Positions 23,893 to 37,701 of a stretch of DNA of 64,000 bases are shown here, piece by piece. The stretch is from Octopus vulgaris. Lineage: Eukaryota. The notes under the pieces are model-generated. The model was given only the letters and a program-made list of their open reading frames with translations, did not search any database and had not been told where the DNA came from. How positions within the stretch are numbered: position 1 is the first letter of the stretch; every line of letters starts with the position of its first letter. The stretch covers positions 133,424,001 to 133,488,000 of the forward strand of contig OX597817.1 in NCBI GenBank assembly GCA_951406725.2. The letters are read 5' to 3'. The position numbers and the translations under genes are program-made.

Positions 23893-26800
23893 CTGAAATT
23901 AAAAATAAAAACAAGACATATGAATAATGAATATTTTGGTGAAAAGGTAAGAAACTCTAAGTAGTGATGATCTAAATATTCAGATTCAAACAAATAATGT
24001 CTTCTGCATGTATTAAAAACTCTTTCACAATTTTGTGCAGCCAGGAGCTACAGAACAGCTTAGCTATAGTTATAGCTTGAAGCCTGTTACATATTTTATG
24101 GACCCTTATTTCATTAATATTCTTATCTGACCATCTGTCAGACCTGTTGTCTTTGTGATTGAAGTAGTATTTGGACAGTTTACACTGAAAAGACTCACGC
24201 TAAGTTGTCCTGCAGTTCTTGAGTTTATTTTTGTCATCAAAGCAAGTCATTCTGGAGCACTGCCTTCAATGTTTTGTTCTCTCCCTCACTCATCCACATA
24301 TACCATACTACTACTACTACTACTACTACTACTAAGCAGTTTTGACACAAAGGACATAAAGGATCTCATACAATGCTTACATACCACAACATTGACACAA
24401 AGATCCTCACACTTACATGTACACACACAGTAGCCCTGACATAAAAAAGCCTGACTTACACACTTTCCAAGTGGGTATTTAAAAGTCCTAACATCAACTA
24501 AAAAGTGATGGTCATTTAACTATTCAGTAACTAACAGAGAGCTGTGCAGAATCAGCAAGGAAACTTGTGTTCAAGGAAATTACTGCCAATAATTAATGCA
24601 TAATCTTGTTACGTAAGGGGATAATTATATGTTTCACCTGACAGATTCTAGTATAACACTGTGATTAGTAACCATTTTCAGAATTGATTGTTAATAGAGC
24701 TAGCTCTGAAGTTTCAATAAGAATCAAACATCAGTTTGTATGCCTTTCTGCCATGGAGATCAATCAAAAACCTGTAATGGGGCATTCATGAAATAGCATT
24801 ATCTATTAATCAACTTTGAGAAAAGAATAGGGACAGAAAATTAATATTGATTGTTAATTGGGTGAAAAGAAAGTAGATTCCATATTTTTAAATAGGAATA
24901 AAATGTACCCCTTGAATTTTACTTTATAGTTTTCTTTTCAAGTCTTTTAAAATTTTATTATTACTTCATTTAATGAATTTTGCTTATTTATAGAACCATT
25001 TGTTACTGAATGGTGAAATTGAAAACAACATTGATATTCTGTTCTTCCTCTACTTTATGGTAAAGATATCACCCTTTTTTCCATATTCAAACTAGCTAAG
25101 AATAGATAGATTTCCCACTTATACAAACTGAGTTTTAAGAATAGACTGATATTAAATTTGTATGCCTACAAATATTTGAAATGTCTGGAATTGCAGAATT
25201 TTCCATCTTTTGCACTACAGTAGCTGGTGTATGCATTTAACATGACTAAATTAATGGTTTCTGTCTTAGATACAAGAACTTATATGATCTTGGTTTGAGA
25301 ATTTATTGATTTGAAGTAGCTGTATGTTCATTCTCTTTACTTTAGCATTATTCTGAATGGTCATTACTTAAATTACCAATATCTTCATTTTTCTCACTCA
25401 CACAGCATTGTTTACTTCTTGTTTCTTAATTTCTGTGATTTACTTCTATTTGGCAATAAGGGTCTTATGTCCCTTTTTAATGATGTTTATTCTTATATAG
25501 ATGACTATGTAAAACTAAAAATTGTTATTTTTGTGTAACATGATGGTTCCCTAATTTTTCTCAACAACTTCAGTTCTTGATAAGCGGATTTTTAATCTAT
25601 AGCATATTCTATTGTGTCTAGGGAGAGTCATTCTCTTTTAGTTTTGACTTCAAAACTATTGAAACGGTTGCAAGATGCAATGAAAATTTTAGAAAAATGA
25701 AAAAGAAATAAGTGCATATTTTACTGGTGAGTGTGTTAAATTATAAGGCACTAAAAGAGAATGGCACTCCCCAGACACAGCAGAATATGCTTCAACACAT
25801 GAACTTACATAAAGAATCTTGCAAACCAAATCCAAAAATGAAATCTATAGCATGTTTAAGTGCTAGAAGAAGCTCTCAGAATCTTTTACTTATAGGAGTG
25901 GTGATCAACTCAGTTACAAAAAAGTAGTGCTATTTGTATATCTGTATGACTGGAATACCTTCATTCACCAACATGCTACAGCTACAAGTCCACTAAAGCT
26001 CTGCATTCTCCTGTTTTTTATTGTTACTATGATGGTTCCTGCTCTTCTAGGCCACAATTGTATGGCGTCTTTGAACTAGTAAGCTGTGCACTATCTGATT
26101 CACCCACTGCTCCTCCTTTCATTACCTCTACACTGTTTCAGTCTACAAACTCCTCATTAAATGCCTAGCTCAATCCTTCCCCAAAATAAAATTCACTGTA
26201 ATTCTTTCTTTGCCTACATTTTCCTTCCAGACATCCAGCTTCAACCACCTTCTTCAGTCTAGGTGGGTCTGCAAAAGTTATGTGCATTACCCTCTTCATG
26301 CTAAATAATTCATTTTAAAATAATTATTGCAGATTTAGTGTGTGTATCTTACATATAATTATAATTCATTGTATGCCTTTATGCTGTGATGATATATCCA
26401 TACACCAAAGTATGAGCACACAGACAAACCTATTCAAACAACAACATATTCAAATTGTATACATACAGTCACGCTAACATACGTAACATATACACAAAAT
26501 ATCAAACACACAGATAAATGGTGAATAAGTGTAGAAAATTATGGCCTATTTTAAAGTACAAATCATTAAGTAATTTACAATGTTTTGTTCAGTGACCACT
26601 GCAGAATAATAAGCATCTTGGTTTTGAATTGTTTTCTTTTTTTTGAGACTAAAAGTCTTGACAATGTTTGTAGCAATTATTTTTGGCTTCCCCATCCAAT
26701 TATTGTTGATATAATTTATTAATTAAATAATTTTCATCAATATCGTTTATTCCCTCACATTCACTCTCACATCACCACATACCCACTTAAAGATTACTTT

Positions 26801-27126
26801 CACTCTGCCTACTTAAAGATTACACACACTCACCAACACCCTCTACCCACAATAACCATTGTCACTATACTGTCACACTTGCACACCTTGATACACATGC
26901 AACACTACAGTGATGTATGCCCGCCCACACATACACACCCTAAAACCTACTTATACCTACTTCCAGCCACAGATACTCATTCTTGCAACTATGCTTCTGC
27001 TTTTAACTCCTCCTTTTTTAAATCACCCCCTCTCCTGAGAACAGTATTTTCATTCCCATTTTGCCTGATTTTACTTCTTTTTTTTTTCACTGACTCTCTC
27101 TCCTCACTCCCTCTGTTTCTTTCTTT

Positions 27127-27160
27127 CTTCTGATGAAGGGCTTATGTCTGAAAGGTTAAG
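27127..27160 (+). ncRNA. Minimal hammerhead-like motif (Penelope pLTR type)
   Basis: CUU-CUGAUGA-A-GGGC(uuau)GUCU-GAAA-GGUU-AAG. Confidence 0.45.
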
Positions 27161-27267
27161 TCACTTCATCTTGCTGTTATACATCTTCTACCTTATTTGT
27201 CAATTTTCGTTTCTCCTGTGTTGTCCCTTTTTTCATTATTCATTGCTTTATAGTGTGTGTACCATCA

Positions 27268-27305
<38 letters not shown>

Positions 27306-27565
27306 ATACCTCATCAACATCATTATTTTAATTAACATTTTTCTATGCTTGCATGGTTTAGATAGAATTAATTGAGGCCAATTTTTTATGGTTGGATGCC
27401 CTTCCTGTTACCAATCCTTACTTATTTCCATATAAGTTAATATTTCTTCATAACCAAACAGGCTTTCATGGAAGATCAGAAATGAATGATGGTGTGGGTG
27501 TCTCCCTTCTATGTCATCATCATCATCATTTAACTTTTATTTTACATATATATATATATATCTTC

Positions 27566-29005
27566 ATTGTCGTTGCTTGGCATCCATTTTCCATGCAGGC
27601 ATGGGTTGGACAGTTTGACTGGGGACTGGCAAGCCAGAAGGCTGCACCAGGCTCTTGTCTGATCTTGCAGGATTTCTGCAGCTGAATGCCCTTCCTGGCA
27701 CCAGCCACTCCAAGAGTGTGGTGGGTGCTTTTTACATGCCACTGGCATGAGGGCCAGTCGGGTAGTACTGGCATCACCCACTTTCGAATGATACTTTTTA
27801 CATGCCACTGGCACGAGAGCCAGTTGGGCGGTACTGGCATTGGCCATGTTTGAATGGTGCGTTTTACATGCCACAGGCACGGGTGCCAGTCAAGCAGTAG
27901 TGGCATCAGCCATGACAATGATTTCACATGACTCAACAGGTCTTCTCAAGCATAGTCTATTGCCCAATGATTGAGGCATACTCTTAAATGGGCCAGTTAT
28001 GCAACACTGGCATAAGCCCCAGTTACGGTCTCACTTGGCTTGCTGAGCCTTCTCAAGCACAGCATATCTCCAAAGGTCTCAGTCACTTGTCATTACCTCC
28101 ATGATGCCCAGTGTTCGAAAGTTATGCTTCACCACCTCATCCCAAGTCTTCCTGGGTCTACCTCTTCTACAGGTTCCCTCCACTGTTAGGGTGTGATACT
28201 TTTTCATACAGCTGTCCTCATCCATACTCAATACATGACCATACCAGTGCAGTTGTCTCTCTTGCACACCACATCTGATGCTTCTTATGTCCAACTTTTC
28301 TCTCAGGGCAGTTACACCCATATCGTGTATATGCGCTGACATTACACATTCCTCAGAACATACTAGCCTCATTTCTTGCATCCTCAACAGTCACAGCCCA
28401 TATTCACTGTTGTGTAGCATGGCTGTTCACACATGTGTCATACAGTCTACCTTTCATTCTGAGCAAGAGGTCCTTTGTTACCAGCAGAGGTAGGAGCTCT
28501 CTGAACTTTGCTCAGGCTATTTATTCTAGAAGCTACATTCTCAGAGCATCTACCCCCGCTACTGACTTGGTCACCTAGGAAACAGAAGCTATCATTTGCT
28601 TTTAGTTTTTTTCCCCTGGCATGTGATGGAAGCTGTTTTCTGCACATTTTCAGTGTTTATTGCCCCTGTGCATTTGCCACACACAAAAACTATCTTCCCA
28701 GTTAGCCTTCCTTTGATATTACTGCCCCTCTTATGGGTCTAAAGCTTATGGAGTTTCTACCTACACCTTTTGTACAGATCAAGCAGGGCCATCTACCTGA
28801 AGGAATTTGTGATTTGTCTGCCTTCCTACTTACTAAAACTTTGGTTTTAGCTAGATTTACTCTAAGGCCCTTTGATTCTAGACCTTGCTTCTATAACTGA
28901 AACTTCTCTAGTTCTGATAGTGACTCAGCTATTAGAGCAAGGTCATCAGCATAGAGGAGCTCCTAGGGGAATCCTGCCTTGAGTTCCTCTGATACTACCT
29001 GGAGG
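27566..29005 (-). mobile_element. 5'-truncated RTE-clade LINE: RT C-terminal region plus repeat-rich 3' UTR
   Basis: Decayed frames read LLYADDLALIAES..GLRVNLAKTKVL, WYGHVLSMDEDS and RGRPRKTWDEVVKH. The UTR is made of roughly 57-bp subrepeats, and other copies of it end in (ATG)n. Confidence 0.9.
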
Positions 29006-29330
29006 TCTACCCAAAATCACATGATCAGGAAGCGAACTTCTTAACCACACAGCCAATACCTCTGTGCATGCACTGCGTGCATGTGTGTGTGTTTATAGAT
29101 AGCAACAAGAGAAATGAATAACAATGCCAATCCTTAAAGCCTGGGATTTTACAATTCATCATCCACCAAACAGTAAAATTTTAATCAAAGAGATAAGAAC
29201 ATTGATGTCATAAGCTCCAAGATTACTAAATTTGTGTGATTAAGCTTTATTTTTTAAGAATTGCTATCAAATTCTCCATTTCCAGGAAGCGTAATATCTC
29301 TCTGGATATTTTCTATAATGTAAACTAACA

Positions 29331-29489
29331 GGCGCAGGAGTGGCTGTATGGTAAGTAGCTTTTTTACCAACCACATGGTTCTGGATTCAGTCCCACCGCG
29401 TGGCACCATGAGCAAATATCTTCTACTATAGCCTTGAGCCAACCAAAACCTTGTGAGTGGATTTGGTAGATGGAAACTGAAAGAAGCCT

Positions 29490-29564
<75 letters not shown>

Positions 29565-29785
29565 ATGTATATGTTTGTGTGTCTGTGTTTGTTCCCCCAA
29601 CATCGCTTGACAACCGATGCTGGTGTTTTTATGTCCCCATAACTTAGCAGTTCGGCAAAAGGGACTGATAGAATAAATACTAGGCTTACAAAGAATAAGT
29701 ACTGGGTTTGATTTGTTTGACTAAAAGGCAGTACTCCAGCATGGCCGCAGTCAAATGACTGAAACGGATAAAAGAATAAAAGAAT
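29331..29785 (+). mobile_element. Full-length tRNA-derived SINE with internal (TA)n(TG)n
   Basis: tRNA-like head ggagtggctgtatggtaag...ggattcagtccc and an A-rich tail. Many partial copies occur across the window. Confidence 0.75.
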
Positions 29786-30006
29786 GCATATATATATATC
29801 TCAGTTCACCTGTAAATTGGCAAGTAGTTTTCCCACATTACAATACTGTCATGCAGCTTTGGCCCTGTTTCCCTTCTACTCACTTTCTGAGACTCATGAT
29901 AAGTGTACAGCAGCAAGTAAAAAAGAAAGTGAGGAAGTGTACTCTGTAGCTTTGTTGAGAATATAATGTAGGATAGTTATTTAAACATCTCTGAGATATG
30001 TTATTT

Positions 30007-30085
30007 TTCTCATAAAATTAAGTTTTTACATTTTCTCATAAAGTTAAGTTTTTACAGTTTCTCATAAAGTTAAGATTTACATTTT
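30007..30085. repeat. Tandem repeat, about 26 bp x 3
   Basis: ttttctcataaa(a/g)ttaagtttttaca repeated three times. Confidence 0.85.
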
Positions 30086-32289
30086 CAACTAAATAAAACT
30101 AAAGTAAGCCCCAGGAACATTTATAATTTTGCATTTATAATGAAGATGAAGGATTTGAATTTCATGTTCAACTTCATTTTCTTTTTAAAATAGGTTGGAC
30201 TCTGTATAAGACCAAATGAATAGAATTAGTGAAAACAGTAATAATTTGGTAGTTTTTGCAATTGATATCAAAGTAGAGTCTGATAAAATGGTTTGTGAAA
30301 ATACAAATAGTCCATTAGAGGGAAGCCTGTCTAATATTGCAGGCAGGATCCTTTATTGGAGATTTAATGAGTAAATATCACGTGTTGGCAACTTGTATCC
30401 TTATCACCACTGTTATATTTTGTTCATAGCCAGAATATTTTGCTTTTAACCAATCAATTTCACTCCATCTAAAAAGTTACACTGACTGGTGTAATCCACT
30501 GTTATATGCTATGGTAGTCCTGGACAGCAGCATATTTCATTGTCATACTCTAAATTATTGAATTCATGTAAATTCCTCCTACAGGAAAAGCTATTGATGG
30601 GATATTGTCATTTTACCAGTGCAATACAATTTGTCTTCAGTCTGTTATTGCACTACAAAATCTAGATTTGTGGAGCACTGACCATATGGAGGCCTTGAGA
30701 GTTGCAATGGGTTTAACATTTTAGCTATGTATATTCTTTTCACTCTAAAACTAACTAGCAGACATCCTGTCTCTAAATAACCAAATTATATTGATCTTTT
30801 CATCCATCCTGTTACTACATGTATGGTTGATATTACATTTAAAAATGGTGATGGTTTGGCTGGGTTGGACAAAAAGTATACCAGTATTTATTTTAACTTC
30901 CTTATTTTTAACTTTTAATCTTGGCAAGGTTGTCTTTGTTTTTCATTCTTTTGGTGTTGATAAAATAAAACTCCAGTCAAGTACTGATGGTGAGGGGCTG
31001 AAATATACTTGATAGTTCCCTTTCTACAAAATCTCTAGTGTTGTGCCTATGTAAGAAATCAATATTAATTATTCTAAAGATCTTTTATTTAATTTCCACT
31101 GCCACTAGTTGTTGGTGAAGTCTACTTATCTCAACTTTACAACAGGTATGAATATACGAGTGGTATATATATAATTTCAGCCATCCTCATTTTTTTGTTT
31201 ATTTATGTTTTCTTTTCTAAATATTTCTGGTGATTAATTTTCCTAAACATTTACATTTCCAGCTATCTATTTATTTTTCTGCATCTCTCTCTCTCTCTCC
31301 CTCTCCCTCTCCCCTCTATCCTTCACCTTTCTCTCTTCCTCCTCTCTCTCTCCCTTCTATCCCTCCCCTTTCTCTCTTCTCCCCTCTCTCCTCCCTATCA
31401 TGTGTATGTGTCTGAACTTGTTTTCGTCACATATTTCCATACACACATTGATACATGCTCTATTTACTTATTAATTGACTTTTTAATTATATCTTTATTC
31501 ATATAGCAATTCATTTATAATTTGTTAGTTTCTTTCTTTACATTTATAATTCTTTTTATTCTATTCATCTCTTCATTAATGTGCATAACTTAATCAATTG
31601 ATTTATTATGTTTAGTTTCTTTTATTCTTCTACTTGTTTTAATTAATGAACAAATGAGTTTATACATTTAGTAAAGCTCCAGTAATGTAAAACCTATTCG
31701 TTATGGGAGTGAACTTTCTTTGCACCACACCTCTTCTTTCATTCCCACGATTATAGATGCTTTCACTACAAGCTATAACTTGTAGTGAAAATATTATCAT
31801 TTTTACTACAAGTTATACACAGTTAAAATAATAATAATAATATTAATCAGATAAGAATGATTTGGAATAGAAGCTTTCTTAATGAAACCAAAATTCAGAA
31901 AATCAGAAAAAGCCTCAGTAGTGATGATAACCTCAAGGAGGATGATATAGGTGAAGATCAGTGAATAAATGTAGTAGATGATGTAGTAGAGGAGAGAGAG
32001 TTTTGGGGAGGAATGGGAAAGAATCAATATAATGTGGAGGACCCTGATATGACTGAAGAACTGAGAGACCTACTGATAAAACTTGAGAAAATAATTATTA
32101 CAAGAGCAGAGACCAAGCCAGTAATTTGAGATACTTCAATTGTGACAGTGTGAAATGCGTGACCCAAAAGGTTGATGGAATCTTGAAGTACATTCCAACA
32201 AAAGATCTATCAGAAACAAGAGACTTGATTAGATCCACTTCAATTTTATCCCCAAACCCTCACTCACTACTATGGATATGAAGTAACAG

Positions 32290-32700
32290 GTGCTAGGTAC
32301 CAATATACACTACAAAAAGTAATGGATGAAAATGGGAAGGCAAAAATCCTTCCTGACAGACATGGTGTTAGAGTACCGAAGGCTGGATATAGTGCCTAAT
32401 AATCAATGTGGCAGTGCTAGGAGATCAACATATTATCATGAAAGAAAAAAGAAAAGGTTAACAAATATGGAAACCTGAGAATTGAGATTACCAAGATGTG
32501 ACAGCTGTGAGAGTCAAACATAAATGCTGTTTCTGTTGTCACTGGAACATCGGGTTCAATACCACCTAACCTGAAAAAACATTTGGATGCTTTAGAGTCT
32601 TGATGTATTGCAAAAATCAGTTTCACTTGGAACTGCATGCATACTGTGTAAACTACTATCTGTCTGAGGTCTTTGTGACTTGACTGGTAGTACAAACCCC
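32290..32700 (+). mobile_element. Older degenerate Dong/R4-like restriction-like endonuclease (REL) domain relic
   Basis: Remnants WYQYTLQKVMDENGKAKIL, RRLDIV and KYGNLRIEITKM parallel the copy at 32940-33850. Confidence 0.6.
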
Positions 32701-32939
32701 TGATACACACAATATCTTCAATCTACAACATCACAATATTGGATACTGTGTGACTAATTTTCTTATGGTTTCTTAAACATTCTCTAGAACAGCACTATGT
32801 ACAAAACCAAATATATGGCTCCCTAGGTATAACACCAACATGCACTTCTAACTTGTTGTCTGTTGAGGTCTCTGGGTGAGACTTGGAGCCAGCTTGTATA
32901 AATGCAAAGTAAAAGTCAAACATAAAATAATACTAATTT

Positions 32940-33800
32940 TGGCAAGAAAAGCCCCTACATGGCAAATACTGGGTTAAACTAAACAGAAAAGAAATAGACA
33001 AAGCAAAATCTCAACAGTGGCTGAGAAACTCAGGACTCAAAGCAGAAACTGAAGGATTTTTAATTGCAGCACAAGATGGAAACCTTCCCACTAGAAATCA
33101 CCAAAAACACATAATGAAAAGAAATATGTAGAATATGTGGTGATGGAGAAGAAACAATAAATTATATTGTCTCTGGCTACCCATTCCTGGCTAAGAAAGA
33201 ATATGTTTACAGACATGACAGAGTTGGGACTTATATACACTGGAAGATATGTCAGCACTATGGAATAACAACAGCAAAAGATGGTATAGGCACTCACCAG
33301 AAAAGGTCACAGAAAATGAGAAAGCAACCATACTCTGGGATATGCCAAAACACACAGATGGAGAAATCAAGGCTAATAGGCTGGATATAGTTGTCAGATA
33401 CCACTAAGAGAAAAAAATGCTTTCTAATTGATGTATCAGTACCAACAGATGACAATGTTTCTCTAAAAGAAACGGAGAAACTTTCATAAGCGAAAGAACT
33501 GGAAATAGGAGTAACTCAAATGAGGAGCCTAAAAACAGAAACAACTGCTGTTATAGTAGGTGCATTAGGTATGATAAAAAAAAAAAACATCAAACGAATA
33601 CTTAACAAAAGCACCAGGGCTAACAAGTATATATAAGGTACAGAAAATAGCACTACTAGGCACCGCACACATCCTGTGTAAAACACTTTCAATACAGTAA
33701 AAATAATAGCATCAGATCAAACCACAGCACACAGAGCTGCACCCGGTAGTGCAGTGAAAGCATGAGATAAAAATAAGACTACTGAATAATAATGATGATG

Positions 33801-33839
<39 letters not shown>

Positions 33840-33850
33840 GTAATAATAAT
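32940..33850 (+). mobile_element. Dong/R4-clade non-LTR retrotransposon 3' fragment ending in (AAT)n
   Basis: Reads WLRNSGLKAETEGFLIAAQD, CRICGDGEETINYIVSG, RHDRVGTYIHWKIC, ILWD..KANRLDIVV..CFLIDVSVP and VIVGALG (zinc knuckle plus PD-D/ExK endonuclease), with stops and frameshifts. Confidence 0.88.
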
Positions 33851-36140
33851 GCAGTACCAAGCATCAGCTCTTATGGGTTTTGATCTTAACTGATTGGAAG
33901 TGTTATGTATATTGTTTTGTCTTGGTATAAAAGATGGGCTACAGCAAATATTCTGCTCAACGCCACAGATTTGCTTGTCAGTTGTTTGGCCTTAACCACT
34001 TGAGCAAGTCCTGTGGTGACTGATGATTTGTGCATCTCTGACCATGAGCAGAAATAGTTGGGGAGCATCATAGCCTTGTGTTGAGAGGAATTCTTTGGGG
34101 TTAGAATAATTTACCTCTGGAAACGTGGGTGTTTCATTTAACATCCTTAAACAAACCTTATTCAGGTACCTTTTGAGTTAAATGGGCTACTTGACTTGAA
34201 GAAAAAATTCTAGCTGGGTCCCACCTGTAAGGTCATGTACCTTTTATCTTGATAGGAGATCACCATGTCATGTACATATGGTTGTGATGCATGTGCCTGG
34301 TATATCCTTAACAGTCATGATGGGTATATTGGGCTTCATATATTTTACTCCAGTGTCACTTTGATGGCAAGTGCTGCTACCTCACTCACTAATAATAATA
34401 ATAATGATGACAATAATAATCATTACCATCATCATCATCTTCATCTTAGAGCCCACTTTTCTGTATTTGTATGGGTCAGGTAGTACTTGTTGAGGTTTTG
34501 CTAACCTTCACCTGTCTCCAAGCAAGGTGATATTTTTCCAAAGCTGAACATATTTGCATGGAAGATTGGAAGTGTTTGACTTCCCTTGTATGACAGTGAT
34601 GCTCATTTACAGCTTTCACATTCTGTGAAGAGCAGGAGGTACATACACACACATAGATAATGGCTTTTTTTTCAAACTATCGAATCCACTGTTGCTCAGT
34701 GTACCATTACAATGGTTTGTAATCATTTATGAGGAATTGTATTGTTCCAAAAGTTCCCTACTGTCTGAATAACAGATCCTGAAGATCTTTAGCTTCAAGA
34801 AACATTGTGCATGTGCATGTGTGTGTGTGTACTTTATGACCAAATGATAAAGAAATTTGCTTCACAACCATGCAGTCCTAGGCTCAATCCCACAGTGTGA
34901 TATCTTAGACAAGTGTCATTTTTATAGCCTTGGGTCAATCTATACTTTCTCAATGAAAGTGGGTTGACAGAAATTATATTGAAGTCTGTTGAATAGATTG
35001 TACTTGTAATTCAAATAGTACGATTTTGTTACTCCCTGTTACATTGCTTTCACCTGAGAATTACATTAATGATACCTGTCACTAGAATACTCAGTTACTT
35101 ATGTTATTTCAAAGACCAAGTAATTCATTTGATCAAACACCCGAATCTTCATTGTCAAATGACAGAGTCATCCATGTGTGTATGGGTGTATGTGCGTGTG
35201 TGAGTATAGGTATGTTTTACATTGTGTGTATGTGTGTGTGTGTAGATATGTTTTGTTCTACATTGCCTGAAATGAATGAATTCATTGTTATTGAATGTAG
35301 TTGCCATTTTCCCAATCATTAGCAGCATTTACACTTCTATAATGTTTTTGTGCTTGCAACACTATTAACGCCTGATCTTATTTTTTTATTTAAATAAGGA
35401 AAATGTATGTGAGTCGGTTATGTCTAATTAAAAATAGAAAAGTAGTTTTTAATTAAAGATGTGAACTAATCTACACCTGCCACTTGCCATATGGCCTTGT
35501 TTGTTCTCATTTTATCTTTTATTAAAGCATGTTAGTCATTTTATTGACATTCATAGGAATTGATAGATAAATTAAATTTAGCAGAATTTGAACTCAGAAT
35601 TATCAAAAATCAATTGTAGTGCTTAGCCTACTCATCTGTACATTGGCAATGAATTTAAAAGGCACTAATTTCAATCAATTCCTCCAGATATAAGATAGAT
35701 TCTCTTTATCATGCCAAAAAACTACATTTCATCAAGTGCACATGCACGTGCACCCACACCCACATACACACCCACAAAGTAGAGGAAATTTTTTATAGTT
35801 ATGTTGCAGAAAACCTCTCCAGTGCCAGTGGCATGACAAAATTCACACAATCCATGTTGCAGAGTGGTTGGTTTTTGGAAAGTGATAAAAACAATGTGAA
35901 AAAAAGAAGCATGACTGATAAAAAGATGCTGTGAAACCCATGCAACCAATGTGGGTATGGGGAAGGAGTTTGGAAATGAGTAAAAATGTGATGATATGGA
36001 CACAGGTATGGCTGTGTAGTTAAAAGTTTAATCAAATTGTGTGTCACCTCAAGTATCTGCTACCATTGCCCCAGGTTGACCAATGCCTTATGGTAACATA
36101 AACTGTTTGGAAGCTTGTCATACATAATTATATGTAGCTG

Positions 36141-37030
36141 TAGAGGGTGTTTGGGCTGATGTTGATGATTCTTATGTCTCCCTTTTTACAGTAACAGCTT
36201 GAGGTATTGCTGAATAGTCAACAGTGTTGGAGAGCATAAAGATAAAATGTTGTTGAGAAATAGTTAGCTGACATGGGGGACTGGAATACTGGAAAAGAGT
36301 TACCTGTATCATGATGATTCAAAGCAGTTATGAAAATGTTGACATCATGATTGCAACTCACTGAACACTATAAATGCTGTAAGACATGACATGGACATCA
36401 GCAACAGAGTCTACAAAGCCATGACCAACGGGAAGTGACACATCAGGCATTCAGACCATGTCTGCATGCATTGATTGATCTCCACATCTTTGAACAGGGT
36501 ATTAAGTTCAGTTCAGATGGCTCTGTAAAGCTGCTGGAGATTGTAGTCAATTCTTGTTTTCAGAGAGTTGCTTTTGGAAGGCCATATGTGTGATAGCAGG
36601 ATTCAGCTCTTTGCCATACCTCTAGAAAGAGTCAGAAGTGGTTGCTGAAGAATTTCTACAGCTTCATCGGCCTCAGTTGCTTACCTGCTAATTCTCTCAA
36701 TTGTAATGGCATGGATTACTATGTGAGGAGTGAAGGTGAGAAAGGCATCAAGTGCTCTGCCTGCAACACCAAGTCCAAGCTGGTGGCTGAGATCAAGTAA
36801 GTATTCAAAGATCTTCCGAGAGACACAGTGAGGAATGCATGCATCAGGTTCTGGAGCCATCTTGTGGCTGCAGTGGTAACTGAGGGAGGCTACATTGAGT
36901 TAACTATTATCTCCTAGCCATGAGCTAGTTGATATTTATTGGTTGTTTAGAATATATTTATTTTTGGATGGGATATTGTGTTTTCTTTTCTTTTTGTGCC
37001 AACTATCAAATTTAGTCTGAACACCATGTA
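36141..37030 (+). mobile_element. Degenerate Tc1/mariner element
   Basis: Ends tagagggtgtttgggct / agtctgaacaccatgta. Interior reads QDSALCHTSRKSQKWL...PANSLNCNGMDYYV, a decayed QQDxAPxH / WPPxSPDLNPxDY. Confidence 0.75.
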
Positions 37031-37489
37031 CAAGTCATCGACTTATGACCTATCTGACTTACAACTGATTGACTTTATGATGATTGACTCACCAGCTCCT
37101 GGCAGCAGTAATAAATAGTCCAGTTGAAATCTAATGGGTTTAATTTCTTAGAAATTAACCCATCTACGGATGATGTCAGCTAACAAACACTTCCCCTAGG
37201 TTTGGTTATCAATCACCACTGTGATTCCCGAGTGTTGAATGAGTATCTTGTCATGGAGACTTCGAGGTGACCTCATATTTGTTTACAAGACAACTGTTTG
37301 AGACTCCAAAATGTTTGACTAACACCAGTATAATAGTATAATACAGAATGTTTTGTGTGACTTTTACCTGAGAATGTTCCTTAAGAATGTAAAAAATTAA
37401 AATATAAAACAAAGCTATGTATGCCTATAGGCTGACTTGCAACCAGTCAGTCAGAACCAATTGTGGTCGTAAGTCCACGACAACCTGTA
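37030..37489. mobile_element. pogo/Tigger-like MITE
   Basis: 5' tacaagtcatcgacttatgacc and 3' ggtcgtaagtccacgacaacctgta inverted ends in TA context. Confidence 0.55.
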
Positions 37490-37670
37490 TATCCTTCATC
37501 AATGTATGTCAGTAAAAAATTTATATATCAGCAAGGTAATTGGTAAACAGGTGCTTTCAGACAAAAATACCTTGTGATACTTGATCTTTCTGCTCAGTTT
37601 GCTATGGCTGCAAAGTATTGATCAGTGCCTTGTGAATGAAATTAGTTGACAGAAACTGTAACAAACTCAT

Positions 37671-37701
<31 letters not shown>

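Noticed and set aside
27700-27910. Regularly spaced roughly 57-bp repeats resembling a CRISPR array
   Set aside because: The context is eukaryotic, the whole unit is repeated without unique spacers, and it is part of a LINE 3' UTR.
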